A DNA stretch of 64,000 nt from the NCBI GenBank assembly GCA_043228905.1, contig JBHGNT010000018.1, forward strand, positions 9,610,001-9,674,000, read 5' to 3'. Position numbers and translations under genes: made by a program. Positions 49,801 through 62,700 of this stretch are shown in pieces (the stretch's first letter is position 1; every line of letters starts with the position of its first letter). The notes below the pieces were generated by a model. That model had not been told where the DNA came from, did not search any database, and worked only from the letters and a program-made list of their open reading frames with translations. The DNA comes from Azolla caroliniana. Its lineage: Eukaryota > Plantae > Polypodiophyta.

Positions 49801-50906
49801 CATCCGGTTGATGTCATCAGCCACACGTCACCTATGCCGGCAATCCGGCATGTGCCTTCATTTCCCATCCGGACACAGCCGTGCTCACCGGCTGTGTAGG
49901 ATGAGAAGTATTTCTTCTCCGGGGTCAGGTGGAACGACGCTCCGGAATCGACCACCCAGGTCATCTCTTCACCGGCAAGGTTCAGCTCCCTCTCTTCGGT
50001 AATGAGCATTATCTCTTCTTCACTTGCCGCGAGTGCCGTCGTTCCTTTCCGGTCCTGCCCTCGCCGATCCGGACCTCTCCGGTCCGTGGCTCCCCTGTAT
50101 GCACCGTTTCTCTCCGGTGACTTCTTCGAATCGGTGTCGTCGGCTCCGTTGTCCTTTCGGTAATGCCGACAATTCTTCCGGAAGTGCCCCGGCTTCCCAC
50201 AGTGGAAGCATGTGGGTCTTCCTCTTGACTGCGACCGGGTCCCCGACTTCTCCCGTCTTTGCGGACTCCGGTTCCATTGTCTTCCCCGTTCCGATTTGGT
50301 AAGCAGCGCCTTCGAGTTGGAGACCGGTTCTTTGTCTCTCCGACGCGCTTCTTCGTTCAAAATACTTGTCTTTACCGTTTGTAGAGACAAGTTATCTTCG
50401 GTGCAGGAGGTGCTGAGAGTCACCACCAAGTTCTCCCAGCTTTCCGGCAATGTACACATCAGAATGATGGCTTGCATTGCATCCTCCAACGGGAACTTGA
50501 TTGCCGCAAGCTGGTTCACGAATCCCATGAACGTGCTCACGTGTTCCACCATATTCTCGCCGTCCCGGTACTTGAGGTTCACTATCTTCCTCATCAGGGA
50601 GGTCCGGTTCAACGCATTCTTCCTCTCGTAGAGGCCCGACAGCTTCCTCCACATCTCATATGCGTTGGTGTCGTTCGCCACATGTTGTAGGACGCTTACA
50701 TCGACATATTGCCGAATCGTCGCTACGGCTTTCCGGTTCAGGAGCTTCCACTCCGACTCTATAACTCCCTTGGGTATCTCGGCATTGTCGACCGGTTCGT
50801 ACAGGTCTCGGACGATGAGAAGGTCTTCCATCTTTATCTTCCAGTCGGCGTAGTTCTGTGAGTTCAACACCATCATGCCCGGAGGCCCACTACCGCCGCC
50901 TTCCAT
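46833..50906 (-). CDS. Copia Gag-Pol polyprotein (gag, PR, IN, RT, RNase H)
   Basis: Uninterrupted ORF with the first ATG after the PBS at 50906. Motifs CFHCGKPGHFRKNC, VDSGAS, HTDVC, ADNGGEY, YVDDML and TDSDM. Confidence 0.97.
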   Translation of the reverse strand: MEGGGSGPPGMMVLNSQNYADWKIKMEDLLIVRDLYEPVDNAEIPKGVIESEWKLLNRKAVATIRQYVDVSVLQHVANDTNAYEMWRKLSGLYERKNALNRTSLMRKIVNLKYRDGENMVEHVSTFMGFVNQLAAIKFPLEDAMQAIILMCTLPESWENLVVTLSTSCTEDNLSLQTVKTSILNEEARRRDKEPVSNSKALLTKSERGRQWNRSPQRREKSGTRSQSRGRPTCFHCGKPGHFRKNCRHYRKDNGADDTDSKKSPERNGAYRGATDRRGPDRRGQDRKGTTALAASEEEIMLITEERELNLAGEEMTWVVDSGASFHLTPEKKYFSSYTAGEHGCVRMGNEGTCRIAGIGDVWLMTSTGCKMLLKDVRHVPEVRLNLISAGRLDDEGYTGSIRNSVMKFSKGSLIVARARKDNTLYLMNARLCPEELNVAADTAGELWHKRLCHMSEKGMKRLAEDNLIPVKHVHLEKCTDCLAGKQNRTSFHSRPPTRRSAPLELVHTDVCQVEMKSHGGAQYFVTFIDDHSRKLWTAPLKTKDQVLSVFKELHARVERESGKKLKAIRADNGGEYWGQFQEYCRSKGIRLEFTVPKTPELNGLAERMNRTIMERVRSMLAHAKLPKGFWAEAMSTATYVINRSPSVPLDGDTPQRVWTGRKISYRHLKVFGCLAYVHVAKDRRGKLDPKTWPCIFLGYGDDEFGYRVWDPVDKKIFRSRDIIFVENKTLADWESEKKMKSSKSTGEDQLYEEQSRPARDRLALEDPAEDGEETEPAEEDENNTGTGPDPEMDSDEEESEEPVTEAPEWRYPLRERRAPRRFPEPEHVLLTDEGEPESFEEAKHDTQSRRWLSAMQDEMDSLHENHTYELVELPNGKRALRNKWVFKLKPGDAGNPPRYKARIVVKGFQQKKGVDFDEIFAPVVKMTSIRTVLSIAASMDLEVEQMDVKTAFLHGDLEEEIYMQQPEGFEKKGKEHLVCRLKKSLYGLKQAPRQWYRKFDSFMTNEGYHKTQSDHCVFVKKFEGGDFLILLLYVDDMLIVGRDQVKIRMLKKALHRTFSMKDLGPARQILGMHIIRDRKKKQLWLSQEKYVTKVLQRFNMSEARPVGSTLPANCKLSSKQSPKTKAEKEDMMKVLYASAVGSLMYAMVCTRPDIGYAVGVVSRYMSNPGKEHWNAAKWILRYLKGTANVCLRFGSGKPELDGFTDSDMSADADTSRSTSGYVMTYAGGAVSWQSRLQKTVALSTTEAEYMAAVEAGKEIIWMKDFIRELGIRQEEYRLYCDSQSAIHLAKNAAYHSRTKHIQRRYHWIRERIEDQEFVLTKIHTNENGSDMLTKVLTPDKLEACRKRIGLERHPMPK

Positions 50907-53900
50907 TTTCTGTGTTATCGTCGCTCTGATACCACTTTGTCGCGGTTCCGCCTCAGGCCACAACCGAGGAACAGGATCGATTCACAGAAAACGGGAAATA
51001 CACCAATGCACGAAAACAATAGAGAGAAGGGCACACTGGATGTTTTACGTGGAAAACCCTAAATGGGAAAAACCACGGGAGTGCAAGACTCCAACTATCA
51101 CTATATGCGGGAATGTACAATGGCGAGCTGCAAGGCGACGACCTTGAGCTCGCTGTCCTCGCCACAGGCAGCGGTATTACACAGAGGCGTCGACCTCTTC
51201 CTTCCTCCTTCTCTCTCACTCTCTCTCGGCTGCTCTCACTTCGCTCCCTCTTAGTGGAAAAACAGAAAATGAGCAACAACAACAGTTAAACTGTTTGCCC
51301 TAAGTCATATTTATACACATATGACTTTCGGGCTATTTACAAATAAAGCCTCAAGGGCTCTTGGAAAACATATTCACAAATATGTCCCCGCATCCGGATC
51401 TCTCTCCGGGTACATTCATCATCCGGCTCCGTAACCGGGGTTCTTCAGCATCCGGCTCCGTAGCCTGGGTATTCATCATCCGGCTCCGTAACCGGGGTCT
51501 TCGTCATCCGGCTCCGTAGCCGGGGTATTCGTCATCCGGCTCCGTAGCCGGGGTCTTCGTCATCCGGCTCCGTAGCCGGGGTCTTCGTCATCCGGCTCCG
51601 TAGCCGGGGTATTCATCATCCGGCTCCGTAACCGCAACCGGGCTTGCCGTCATTCATCTCCGGACATCCCATCCGGAGGGACCGAAATCCCAACAAGTTT
51701 TTCTTTCTCTTCTTTCAGCCGGTCATACACTTGTCAAACTTTCCTCTGCTCAGCGGAGGCTGTCGGCCGTCTTCCTTTGTTCCTCCTCCTCCGCTTTTCT
51801 CAATTCTCGCTCCCTGGCTCGTAAGGCTTCTTGTGTTGCCAGGTCTTCCCGTAATGTGGCGAGCTCTTGTGCTGGCGTTTTATTAGTATCTGGGCCTGCT
51901 TCAGTCACCGGGGTCATATTGTTCTGTAAAGTTACTAGAGCCACCGATTCCAACTGTTGTGGTCCTTCTATGACCAACTTGGCCATTTCTATTCTGGCCT
52001 TCTCTATGTCTTGCTCCATGCTCCGGATTCTTGACCAGGCCGTCTCTAATTCCTCGGTTGTGGCTAGCAACCGATCTTCATGCGCTCTCTCTTCCGCTTC
52101 TATCTGGCAGATGACTCCGGCCAATTGTTCTGCTACCCATCATAGCCATTGTCTGTCGGTGCCTTGTTGTTGTGTCGGTTCTGGTTGTGGGATGGCTTCT
52201 TCACTGGCCATGAGCCTATTATGGATGGTTACGTCAAGCGGTTGCTCCGGTTCTGGTTGTTGCTATTGCGGCGGCGACACCGGCAATTCAATAACAAGTT
52301 CTTGATCCACCGGTACTGTCGTGTCTTGGCCCGCTGATTCTGCCATGTGCTGCCTCTACCACCGATTCTTGTTGAACTAGTTCTAACGCCTTCCTTGGCT
52401 GCAGCTCCTCAGGGAGGGGTTCCAGTATAATGTCCTCCCTCAGACTTGATTTCTCCCCTTTGTGGCCCTTTCCACTTTTCTGTCGACGACATATCAGAGT
52501 CTCGATAGGCTCGTCTTCTTGCTCTTCTTCCTCCAGGGTCTTGCTATTGATTAACGCCGCCAAGGGGTTTTGCAGTTTGTCTGGTTGTTGTTCTGCTTGT
52601 TGTTCCGTTTGGCGCAACTTGATTTTCAAAGGTCTCACCGGGGGGTCCACCGATGCCTCCTTCTCTGCTGGCCGCTCCTTCGCCTTTTGTGAAGTGTCGG
52701 GCTCCTTCCAGCCTATCGCCTAGGTAGCCAGGACTTGCTACTGTTTTCAAGCTGCTGATTTTGTTGGTCTTCCTCGCTTCCTTTGTTTAATGGGCTCCAC
52801 CGGTGGTGCTAAGAGAGTGAGCCATTGCGCTACCGTTGTCCACATATTTTTGCCATCTTTTATTGAGACGATGGCAGCGTTCAGGCCGTCGGCGATCATT
52901 ACCGGCCAATCCACCTGTACTCCCTCGTAGGTGGCTATGATCAAACCAGCTCTATTCCTAGGCATAACCGGTGGTCGGGGGTATATATGACCATACCCGT
53001 GGAGTACCGGATCAATTTCCCGAAACAATAGGTTTTGCATGCGGTATGCCTTGCTGCCCAGGGAGTATTCTCCGAAATACCTCGTCAGCAGCTCCTATGA
53101 AGGGTTGTCGCTGGAGTATATTCCCCCTTCCAGTAAGTTGGTCAGGGCTCGGATGGCTTCTTCGGTGATGATCTTTGTGTCGATGTCTTTGACGACATTT
53201 TCTGCATCTCCGTGCGGCGGTGCTTCGACTATCCTCAAGAATCCCTCTAGGCCGTGTTGCTTAAGCGATTTCTTGGCCACTTCTGAGAGTACCATGCATT
53301 CCATGTCGTCGTCAGAGTCGGTAGGTTGTTGTAGGATTAGTGCACCTGTGTGTTTTGCTTGCTCTCGCCTGATCACGCGTAATTGCCTGTGTGCGCTGAG
53401 AACTCTGTGTTTGCGAAATGAAAGGAACTCTGCACGGCGGAGGTTTTCTTTCTCCGTGTGTGGCGCCTTTTCTCGATTCCCACGCATGCACATCTTGTAC
53501 TATGATAGCAGTCAGTTGACACGTGGTGCGTTTTTAAATGGCCTTTAATTCGCCACCAACCGCATGCCTATTCCGCGCATGCACGTCTTGTACTATGATA
53601 GCAGTTGATTGACACGTGGTGCGTTTTTAAATATCCTTTAATTTGCCACCAACCGCATGCCTATTCAAAGTGCCCGTTCGCTCCTCACCTTTGCATGATG
53701 TTGAGTTTTAGTTAACCAGAAGTTGAGGTTTTCCTTTTTTTTTCTATTTTTTTTTTTGAAAGTTGAGTTTTAGTTAACTGGAAGCACCGGGTCCGTATCC
53801 CGATTTTTCCCCATATTCACATTTTGTTGGCCACATGTTTGTCGCTATTCGGTAACGCCGGCTCTGCCTGATTGTCGGGTACTTGTTTAACGTTTCCTAC

Positions 53901-55781
53901 TGTTGCATCAACGTCCGTCTGCTCGAACGGATTCTGTGGCATGGGTCCACAATATGGTTTGAGTCGAAACCCATTGACCCAATTGTCCATTATCTCAATA
54001 GCGAGCATTCCGAGCTGGTATGAACCGTTGAATTCCTACGTTATCCAATACGGTTCGGTCCACCGAAACCGTAGCTTTCCCGGCATTTGACCCATCCAGG
54101 TCTGGAATACGAGTACCGGCTTGCCAATCCTGAACATCTTCTCATTGCCCTTCTGGTGCTGATCGACGAACGCCTTCCTTTGTCGTTGCTCCAGTTCCAA
54201 CTGCATGAGACTCACTATCCGATGCTCTTCTAGTTCGCATAATGCGGCTAACCGGATTTTTTCTGATTCCTTTTCACTTAGTCATTCTCTAACCTATATC
54301 CACAAACTCGGAACCTGAAATTCGATCGGCATTACTACTTCTAGCCCAAATGCTAACTGGAATGGTGTTGACTGGATACTCGTTTTGTATGTCGTCCAGT
54401 ATGCCCATAGTGCACTATGCAACTTCGTGTCCCAATCGGTCTGGTTTTCATTGACGATCTTTCACAGGATGTTTTGGAGCGTTTTGTTTGTGGATTCGGC
54501 CAGTCCATTGGCTTGTGGATAATAAGGGGTACTGCACTTGTGTACCACTGCATAGAATGTTGTTAAGCTCTCCACTACTTGACCGAGAAAATGTCTACCT
54601 TCGTCGCCAATTAACTCGATTGAGCATCCATACCAGCACCAGATGTACTCATATAAGAACTTTGTTGTTGATGTCGCAGTTTTGTCCCGCAAAGCCTTGG
54701 CTTCTACCCACTTGGTGCAATAATATGTGGCGACTATAACATATTTGTTGCTAGTTCTCATTGCCGGAGGTTTAAACGGCCCAACGAAGTCCAGCCCCCA
54801 TTTTTTAAATGGCTCTAAGGGTAGCACCGGCTGGTGAGGCATCCTTGCCTGTTCTATTGGTTGGCCCATCCATTGACATAAATCACAGTGTTTTGCATAC
54901 CGGACCGAGTCCTTCAGTGTCATCGGCCACCATAGCCTGCTGTTCCATATCTTTCTTGTCGTAGCGTCCCCGGCATAGTGCCCTCCGGCAACACCGCAGT
55001 GTGCTTCTCGTAATATTGTGTCCTTTTCGTCGCTTCGCACTACTCACCGCCATATGCCATCTGTGCCTTTGTGGTACAGGGTGTCCTGTAGTAGACAAAA
55101 ATGTCGGCTTAACACTGCTAACTGCTTCCGCTCATCCCGGTGACTACAGTGCTTAGGAATTGATGCATATTGGTTAGCCACTTGTCTTCGTCGACTACCA
55201 TGCTATCCGTTTCCGTTTCTGCTATTACTTTAAACAACTCAGCATCCAGAAACTCATCCGGGACTCCATCATCGGTCTCGCCAGCTTTGTACCGCTAACC
55301 GCTTCCGCTCATCCCCGTGACTACCGTGCTTAGGAATTGATGCATATTGGTTAGCCACTTGTCTTCGTCGAGTACCGTGCTATCTGCTGCCGTTTCTGTT
55401 GTTACTTTAAACAACTCAGCATCCAAAAACTCATCCAGGACTCCATCATCGGTCTCGCCGGAGTTTAACCGGCTCAGATAATCGGCAACCGCATGCTATA
55501 TTCCCAGCCAGTGATATATTTCGAACTCAAACTCTTGTAGCAACAATTTCCATTGGGCCAACTTACTAGTGAGTGATGCCTTTGAGACCAAATATAAATT
55601 GCCTCTTCTAGCAACAATGTCCATTGAGCGCTGAGTGGTTGACATGAATTAAAAATTTCCTCCCCAATAAATAGTGCTTGAACTTGGTAACACTGTAAAT
55701 CATCCCTAAGGCTTCTCTTTCCGTTGTTGAATAATTTCATTCTGCCTGGGATAGCTCGACGAACACTTGGAGCTCTTTTGC

Positions 55782-56744
55782 TTAGTCCGGTGGTTGCACC
55801 ACCGACGCTTGTGATAGCAGTACTTTCAGTGCCCGGTAAGCCTTATCCTCCGTATTTGTCCATTGACATGGTGTCCGGTGAACCGCAACATGCAACAGTG
55901 TAGCAAGATCGGCCAAATACTGGAGCATCCGGCTATGCCATCGGATTTGCCCTCGAAACTGACTCAAAGCTTTAGTTGTGGATGGTGTTGGTGCTTCTAA
56001 GATTGCTTTGACCTTATCGGGTTCTACTGCGATCCTGTCCTTGCTGATGAGATGGCCCAGTAATGCACCGCTTGTTACTCCGAACACACACTTTGTTGGA
56101 TTCAAGCTTAACCGATAACTCCTACATTTCTCAAGACATAGCCGGAGGTGTTGGAGATGTTCTCCTTCTCGGCTATACACGGCGAAGTCATCCAAGAATA
56201 CCTGCATGAATGCCGGGATGAACTCGCCAAATATTTCCATGATTATTCGTTGGAAGGTCGCCGGCGTGGTCTTGAGCCCAAACATCATTATCACTGTGAT
56301 GAAAACTCCCCATTCGGTGACAAACGTCGTCTTGTCTTGGTCGTCGGGGTGCATCCTTATTTGATTGTAGTTGCTGAAACTATCTAGGAAGCTATGCACT
56401 TCATGACCGACTACCACGTCCAACACTCCATCCGTAAATGGAAGTGGAAAGGCATCGGTCATTGTTGCCGCATTGAGTTTCCGGTAGTCGACGCACACCC
56501 GGATCTTACTGTTCTTTTTCGGCACGACGACTATGGGACTTAACCATGTAGCTTTTTTCACTAGCCGGATAAAACCGACCAGTAGCAACTTGTCAATTTC
56601 CTCTTTAACCTTTGCCGCATAGTTAGGGTTCATCCAGTAATGTCGTTGTGCTACCAGCTTGGCATCCTTATTGAGATGTATCTGATGTTGGTACAACTCA
56701 GGATCCAACCCCCGCATTGTCTTCATAGGACCAGGCAAATACAT
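55782..56744 (-). pseudogene. pol: Gypsy E reverse transcriptase remnant
   Basis: WLSPIVVVPKKNSKIRVCVDYRKLN, MFGLKTTPATFQR and FLDDF. Frameshifts on both sides. Confidence 0.9.
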
Positions 56745-59515
56745 CCCGGAATTACTTTAATAAAGTGATCATCGTCGTCTTGTTGTCTGGTGACATTTCC
56801 TTAGCAATATGAACCAGTCTTGCGTCGTCCCCGGTTCCTAAGTTCACTTCCTCTAACTCGGATGCTTTCACGCATTGGGATACCACCATCTCCCTCTCCA
56901 GAGCTTCATGTGCTTGCCATAATTCTCTGATAGCTCCCCTATCTGGTTCCTCGCCGGCATCATCCGATTGCGTTATATATGGTGACACTGCTTCTGCCAC
57001 ATCAATTTCAAATAGGGGTACAATTTTTGGGTTTTCTTCTAAGTATTGGTCGACCTCTTTGTCAGCAAGCCCCTCGAGGATGTTTACACATTCCGCATAT
57101 AGCGGTGTCAGCTCCTTGCCGGTACTTGATTGAGGGTGGGTAGGTATCCTTACTTTAGCCTTTCCTCGCAAGAAGGTAATCATGTTTTTCTGCCAGTTTT
57201 GTTTATTGTGCGCCGTTTTTAATCATGGGCGGCCCAGCAACGCTAGGTAAGCCCCTTGCGCATTGAGCTGGAGAACCACCGCCGAAATGCAGAATGCACG
57301 TCCTCCGATAGTTATGTCTAAATCCCGTATCAAACCAGTAGGTCTTACTGAACTTGTATCTGCCATCCGGAGCCAAAACGGGCAAGGCTCCCATTCCTGG
57401 ATTCCCAGGGTATTACAAATCTGTAGACTAATCACGTTCACACCTGATCCTCCGTTCACAAGAACGCAGGAGCCGGCAACGGATTTGATGTGGTCATTCC
57501 TGATTTCAGCCCTTCCGTAAACCGGGGCACTAGCTGTAATAACCGACCCAATGGTAGCGTAATTTGACATTCTTGTAACGTTTTCCATGTTGGGTTTTCC
57601 GGCTGAATCATGTAGATTGCCTCTTCCGGTTTGTCCTTCTGTTGTTCAAGCTCAGCCACATTCCCCTCATTTACCTTCTTCACCCACTTAGTGGCTTGCT
57701 TTCGGATTGCCTCCTGTGTTTCCCACTCCATTTTTCCTTTTGACGTGGTGGTGACTTGTTGTATGTCGGCGACTTTTGCTACCACCATATTTACTATTGG
57801 TTGTTTCTCATAACTTTTAACCGGACATTGATTACTGTAATGTCCTTCTTGTCGGCAATAGTAGCAGTATGCGTTCCGGCTGGTAACGCTCATCTTGTGC
57901 CCTTGTCTGGCTGTCATTGGTGATCCTCCTTTCTCGCGTTCCGTTTTTTGTTAAAGAATTTTTTGTTCTGGTAACCCTGTCGGGGCTAGTTTTCATAATT
58001 GCCTTGATCCTCCCTCCGTTGGTTGTAATCGGGGGAGTGGTCCCGGTTGTATCTCTCATATCGATCACCGTTATAATCCCGGTAGCTATCCTGTAGGTCT
58101 CTGTCGTGCGCGTCTCTTCTGTCGATGTACCCGACATCTTGCGCCGGCCGGTAATGCTCATCTCGCCGCCATCGTTCTTCTTCCTCCTCCCAGTTACTCT
58201 GGGGTTTGATTTGCTTTACTAGTCAGCAAGTTATATTCACATCGGTCCATTGTGTGCGACCTTGAATGGCATAACATGCACTGTGTCTGCATGGTACATT
58301 CTATTGCCGAGTGCCCGGCATTGAGACAAGTCGTACATTGTATAGCTTACCGAAAACGTAGTTCGTCTTCTGTCAGTAATGTACGCTGGAGTGCCCCCAT
58401 TGTTAGCCACGAGCTTGTTTTCTCCATCTCCATGACCCGGTCTATGACTTGGTTGATCGTGTTGGTGCGGATATCAATCACTGTGCACACCGTACGCAGG
58501 GGTTCCCGGAGTGCTGCTAGGAATATTGCTTTAGCCTCTGCCTCGGGTGGTGCCCGACTTAGCTGGTTCTGCATTCGCTAAAACCGGATTACGAATTGCT
58601 GAATGGTTTCCATAGGTTCCTCCCGTATGGTGTAGAATAGGCCGACCATCTCCCGTTGATCCACCTGCTTGTGGAAGAACTGTAAAAATCTTGTTTTTAA
58701 GTCCTCAAACGTCGTGATGGTGCCAGGAGGGTGCGTCAAGGGCCATCGTGCGGCTGATCCTTCCAAGGTCATGCCGAACTCTGCAATCTTCTAGCGTTTT
58801 GCTTCGGCGGCGATCAAGCGTTGTGACACATGGTTTGCTTCCCATGTTTGTACAAATGCATAGATATGAGCTTCCACGCCCGGATCATCCCAGTACTTGG
58901 GATATTGGAACGGAATGTCGTCGTCCGGTGTCGGAACACGGGCTGGTGGTGTCGGAGGTCTCCCCTCCTCTTCTTTTAGTGTCAGAGGTCTTTCATCCTC
59001 TTCTTTCGGTGTTTCACGTGGCGATGTCAGAAGGTGATACACCGCTAGCCTGTTTGGGGCTTCTAGTTCCGTTAACTGCGGTTCTGGTGTCAGCAAGGTA
59101 TCTGACTGCTCATCCTCCGGTTCATCTGGGGTGTCGTGGCTGCTACGGTAATTCGAATGGGCACTGCAATCGCCGTCCGAATCCGATTCGAAGGCCGAGA
59201 AAAATTCCGAATCGCCTTCCCCTGTCACTAATGCCTGCAGAATAGATTCTGCGTCCCGGAGACTTCTCAAGCTGCTTCCTTCATCCGGGTGGGGAGTCTG
59301 TTGCACACAGAGTGACTCCATGGCCACTCGCCGGATTACTTTGGAAAATGATCGATCCACACGGATCTCTTCTGCCCGCTACTGGAAAGCCTCTCGCTTC
59401 CGCAATCGTTCGGCAAGTCTTCTTGCTCACTCTGTAACCGGGTCGTTCGTTGGTCTAGTCATCCATTCCTACCGTTGTTCGCTACGTTTGTGCAGGAATC
59501 GTGATCGCCAAAAAG

Positions 59516-59792
59516 TGTTGTATGGTTTTAGGGTTAGGGTTAATCATAATGATGATTATCGATGACGAAGATAGACATGGTGTAATAATGAAGATGATGG
59601 AGAGTATGATGGTGAGAGAGATCATGAAGATGTTGACAAGCATTGAGAGCATTGTGGGGTGGGGGGTGGTGCCTAGAATGGCTCCACCCCCCTCCCAAGG
59701 GGGTTCAACGTTAAGGGAGGGAAGAGAGAGAGGGAGAGAGAGATGACAAGAGAGAGATTGAGAGAGAAATGGTTATTGTATTCATTCATTCC
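59516..59792 (-). repeat. Partial LTR family B, cut by a copia C LTR
   Basis: Near-identical to 16872-17150. Confidence 0.88.
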
Positions 59793-62700
59793 TGAAAAGA
59801 ATGGCGTGCGAAAGCAATATAGGAAACCGAACAACAGAAAATGCAAGTTTAATGGAAAGCTTAGGTTTGCTCAGTACGCACGGGAGAGACAGAGAGAGAG
59901 AGAGTAAACACACGAACTTTTCAAAAATAATACTCAATCTGTATATACATCGTGCTCAGTGAGCACCTTTTATACAAGCCCTGACAATGGGCTGACACAG
60001 GTACTGACAGTACTTGACTGCTCAAAAATGAGCCTTGACACTTACTCCCAAAAACTATTCCTTACGAGGAATATCTCTCTAACGGCCTTTCGGTTTACGC
60101 ACCGATACGGCCTTCCTACGCACTGGTCTGCGTACCGGTTTCCAACCGATCCGGCCTAACCGATCGGTCCTCGGCTTGCTCAGCCGATCCGGCTGATGTT
60201 GAGCTTGTCTCTCAACACTCCCCCTCAAGCTCAACTTGAGGCTCTTCGGGATCTTCCGAATCACCGCTCTTGTTCCTCCTAGCTCCACGCTTCGCTTGCG
60301 CTCCTCGGCTTGTTCAGCTCCGCGCGCTTCGACCCTTCCGGTCGGCTTGTCTGCTCCCATGGCCCTTCACAGCTCCCTTGTTGTCGCGGTGTTGGCGCTT
60401 CTCCTGTTGCATTCTTTTCCGCTTGGCCCTCGGTTGATTCAGTGTATCCGAATCAAACATCCGAACCGAATCGGCTACCTCCGATCGGTTTTCGCTCTGG
60501 TCCGAGTTAGCTGTCTCCAACTCATCTTCAGTCTTCTTGCCCTTGATGGTGTCATCTCCCCCATGCTTGGTTGGCTTCGGCTCTTTCTTTCAGTTGCTCC
60601 CCTTATGTCCGCTTTTGGACTCTTCCGCGGATCCGCCCTTGGCTTCTTTAGCCGATCCAAAGTCGAATTCGTCATCCAACTCGGTGTCGCAGCCTCTTCC
60701 GCTCCCTTCCTGCTCCCTTGCTCAGTCTTTCGAGACTGTTCTCCCCCTCAAGTTTGGCACGTCGAGGTGACGCAACCCAAGCGCACCCGAGAACTTCCGC
60801 AACTTGTCCAGACCAAGAGGCTTCGTGAAGATGTCGGCAGCTTGCCGATTCGTCCAAACATACTGAAGTTCGACTTCACCAGAAAGGACACGCTCATGGA
60901 CAAAATGGTAGTGCACCTCAATGTGCTTGGTCCGTGCGTGGAAAACAAGGTTCTTCACGAGCTGGATGTTGCTGAGGTTGTCGTAGTAGATCGTCGTCGG
61001 ATCGGACACCTCCTCTTGTAGGTCCTTAAGTAGCCGCTTCAACCATATGGCTTCGCATGTTGCGACAGCCGCTCCTCGGTACTCAGCTTCGGTGCTCGAT
61101 AGTGCAATTGTCGGCTGCTTCTTACTGCTCCACGCTATCACCACACTCCCAAGAGAGAACGCGTATCCGGACGTGGATCGGCGATCGGCGGCGTTGCCAG
61201 CTTAATCAACATCGGTGTAGCCGACCAACTGCGAGGTTGTACCGGTTTGATATAGCAGTCCCTGGTCCTTAGTGCCACTTACATACCGCAGTACGCGTTG
61301 CGCACATTGAAGGTGCTCCTCGATAGGTCACGCCACGAACTAACTGATCACCCCGACCGGATAACTGAGATCGGGTCGGGTGATTGTCAAGTAGATAAGG
61401 TTTCCGACAATTTGTCGGAACCTCGTCGGGTCGCATACCTTTCTAGAATTGGGGCGAAGCTTGACGGTTCAATCCAGAGGAGTCGAAACGGACTTACAGT
61501 CGGTTATCCCGAATTTGAAGAGCATACTTAGCACATAATGGTGTTCGCTGATCAATATGCCTTCGGGGGTACGGATCACTTCGATCCCGAGGAAGTAATG
61601 AAGAGTCCCCAAATCGTTCATGTCGAATGATGCCGCAACTTGGAGCTTCACGTGGTCGATTTCACCTAGGTCTGCACCGGTAATGACCAAGTCATCAACA
61701 TATAGTAAAATACTGACTGGATCGAGTCGACCTTTCCGGATGAACAGGGAAGAGTCCGACTTTGACATTGCAAAGCCCATCTTTCACAGTTGTTGCGTGA
61801 TCTTCGTGTTCCAGGCACGCGGGACTTGCTTCAGTACGTAAAGGGACTTCTTCAATCGGCACACTGCCGACGTGTTCATTCCGGAGTGAAATCCAGGGGG
61901 TCGTACCATGTACACCTGTTCCTCAAACTCACCTTGTAGGAACGCATTCTTTACATCCATCTGATGTAAGTGCGACCGCTTTGCCGCAACTACCGCGAGC
62001 AAAACACGGGCGGTCGTATCTTCGTGATTGGCGCAAACGTCTCATCGTAGTCGATGTCGTGTTTCTAGGCATAGCCCTTTGCCACTAACCGGGCCTTGTA
62101 TCGGTTGACCGAGCCGTCGGTGTTGTAGTTGACCTTGTACACCGACCTACCTCCGATCCACTTCACACCCTTCGATGCATCAACCAGGTCCCAGGTCTCG
62201 TTTTCCGCCAATGCGTGCATCTCTTCCTCCATCGCGGCGCGCCAATTCGCGTCCTTAGCCGCTTCTGCGTAGCTCTCCGGCTCACGCACTTCCACTACAC
62301 GGGTCATGTACGCATAATGATGCGTCATGTACTCGTTGTATCCGAACCGCACAATTGGGTTCTTCTGGCGGGTAGATCGGCGTAATCGGTCATTAGCCAA
62401 TATCGAGGTCTTCTCGGCCGACACGAACTTCACTCTTGAAGACCCGTCACCGCTTCCTTCGGAGTCGGACTCGCGTCGGTCTGACTTGTTCCTATCCGTT
62501 CTGGAATTCAACACCTTCTTCTTCCCTTTTTCTTTGCGCGTAAGCCATCTCCTTGGCTTCCCGCGCGGGAAATGCACGGCCGAGTCTCCACTACTCACTG
62601 TCTCTTCATTGGATTGGTCAAACCGACTCAGTCGTCCATTCAATCCACTTAACCGAAACGAAATCGGACTCTCTTCACGGGTCCCGATTTCAGGCTCATC

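Larger units (their letters stand above)
46065..51695 (-). mobile_element. Intact young Ty1/copia (Tnt1/Tork-like)
   Basis: 758-bp LTRs at 46065-46822 and 50938-51695, with about 4 differences seen. TSD AGTTT. iMet PBS TGGTATCAGAGCGA at 50921-50934. PPT at 46823-46836. Confidence 0.98.
44350..59515 (-). mobile_element. Degenerate non-chromovirus Ty3/gypsy E (Tat/Athila-like) with an extra 3' ORF region
   Basis: Gag ~57450-59360 (CYYCRQEGHYSNQC), PR ~57220-57450, RT 55782-56744 (FLDDF), IN ~53820-55040 (WGLDFVGP, YYPQANGLAE). Coiled-coil ORF remnants at 51700-53500 and 44800-46060. LTR-like segment ~44350-44763. PBS-like TGGCGATCAC at 59501-59510. Confidence 0.8.

Noticed and set aside
50907-50963. 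ORF-track start of the copia polyprotein at 50963
   Set aside because: This non-ATG start lies in the LTR/PBS. The first ATG after the PBS is at 50906.
60236-61021. 261-aa plus-strand ORF and similar antisense ORFs over copia/gypsy pol
   Set aside because: Antisense shadows of GC-rich retrotransposon coding sequence.
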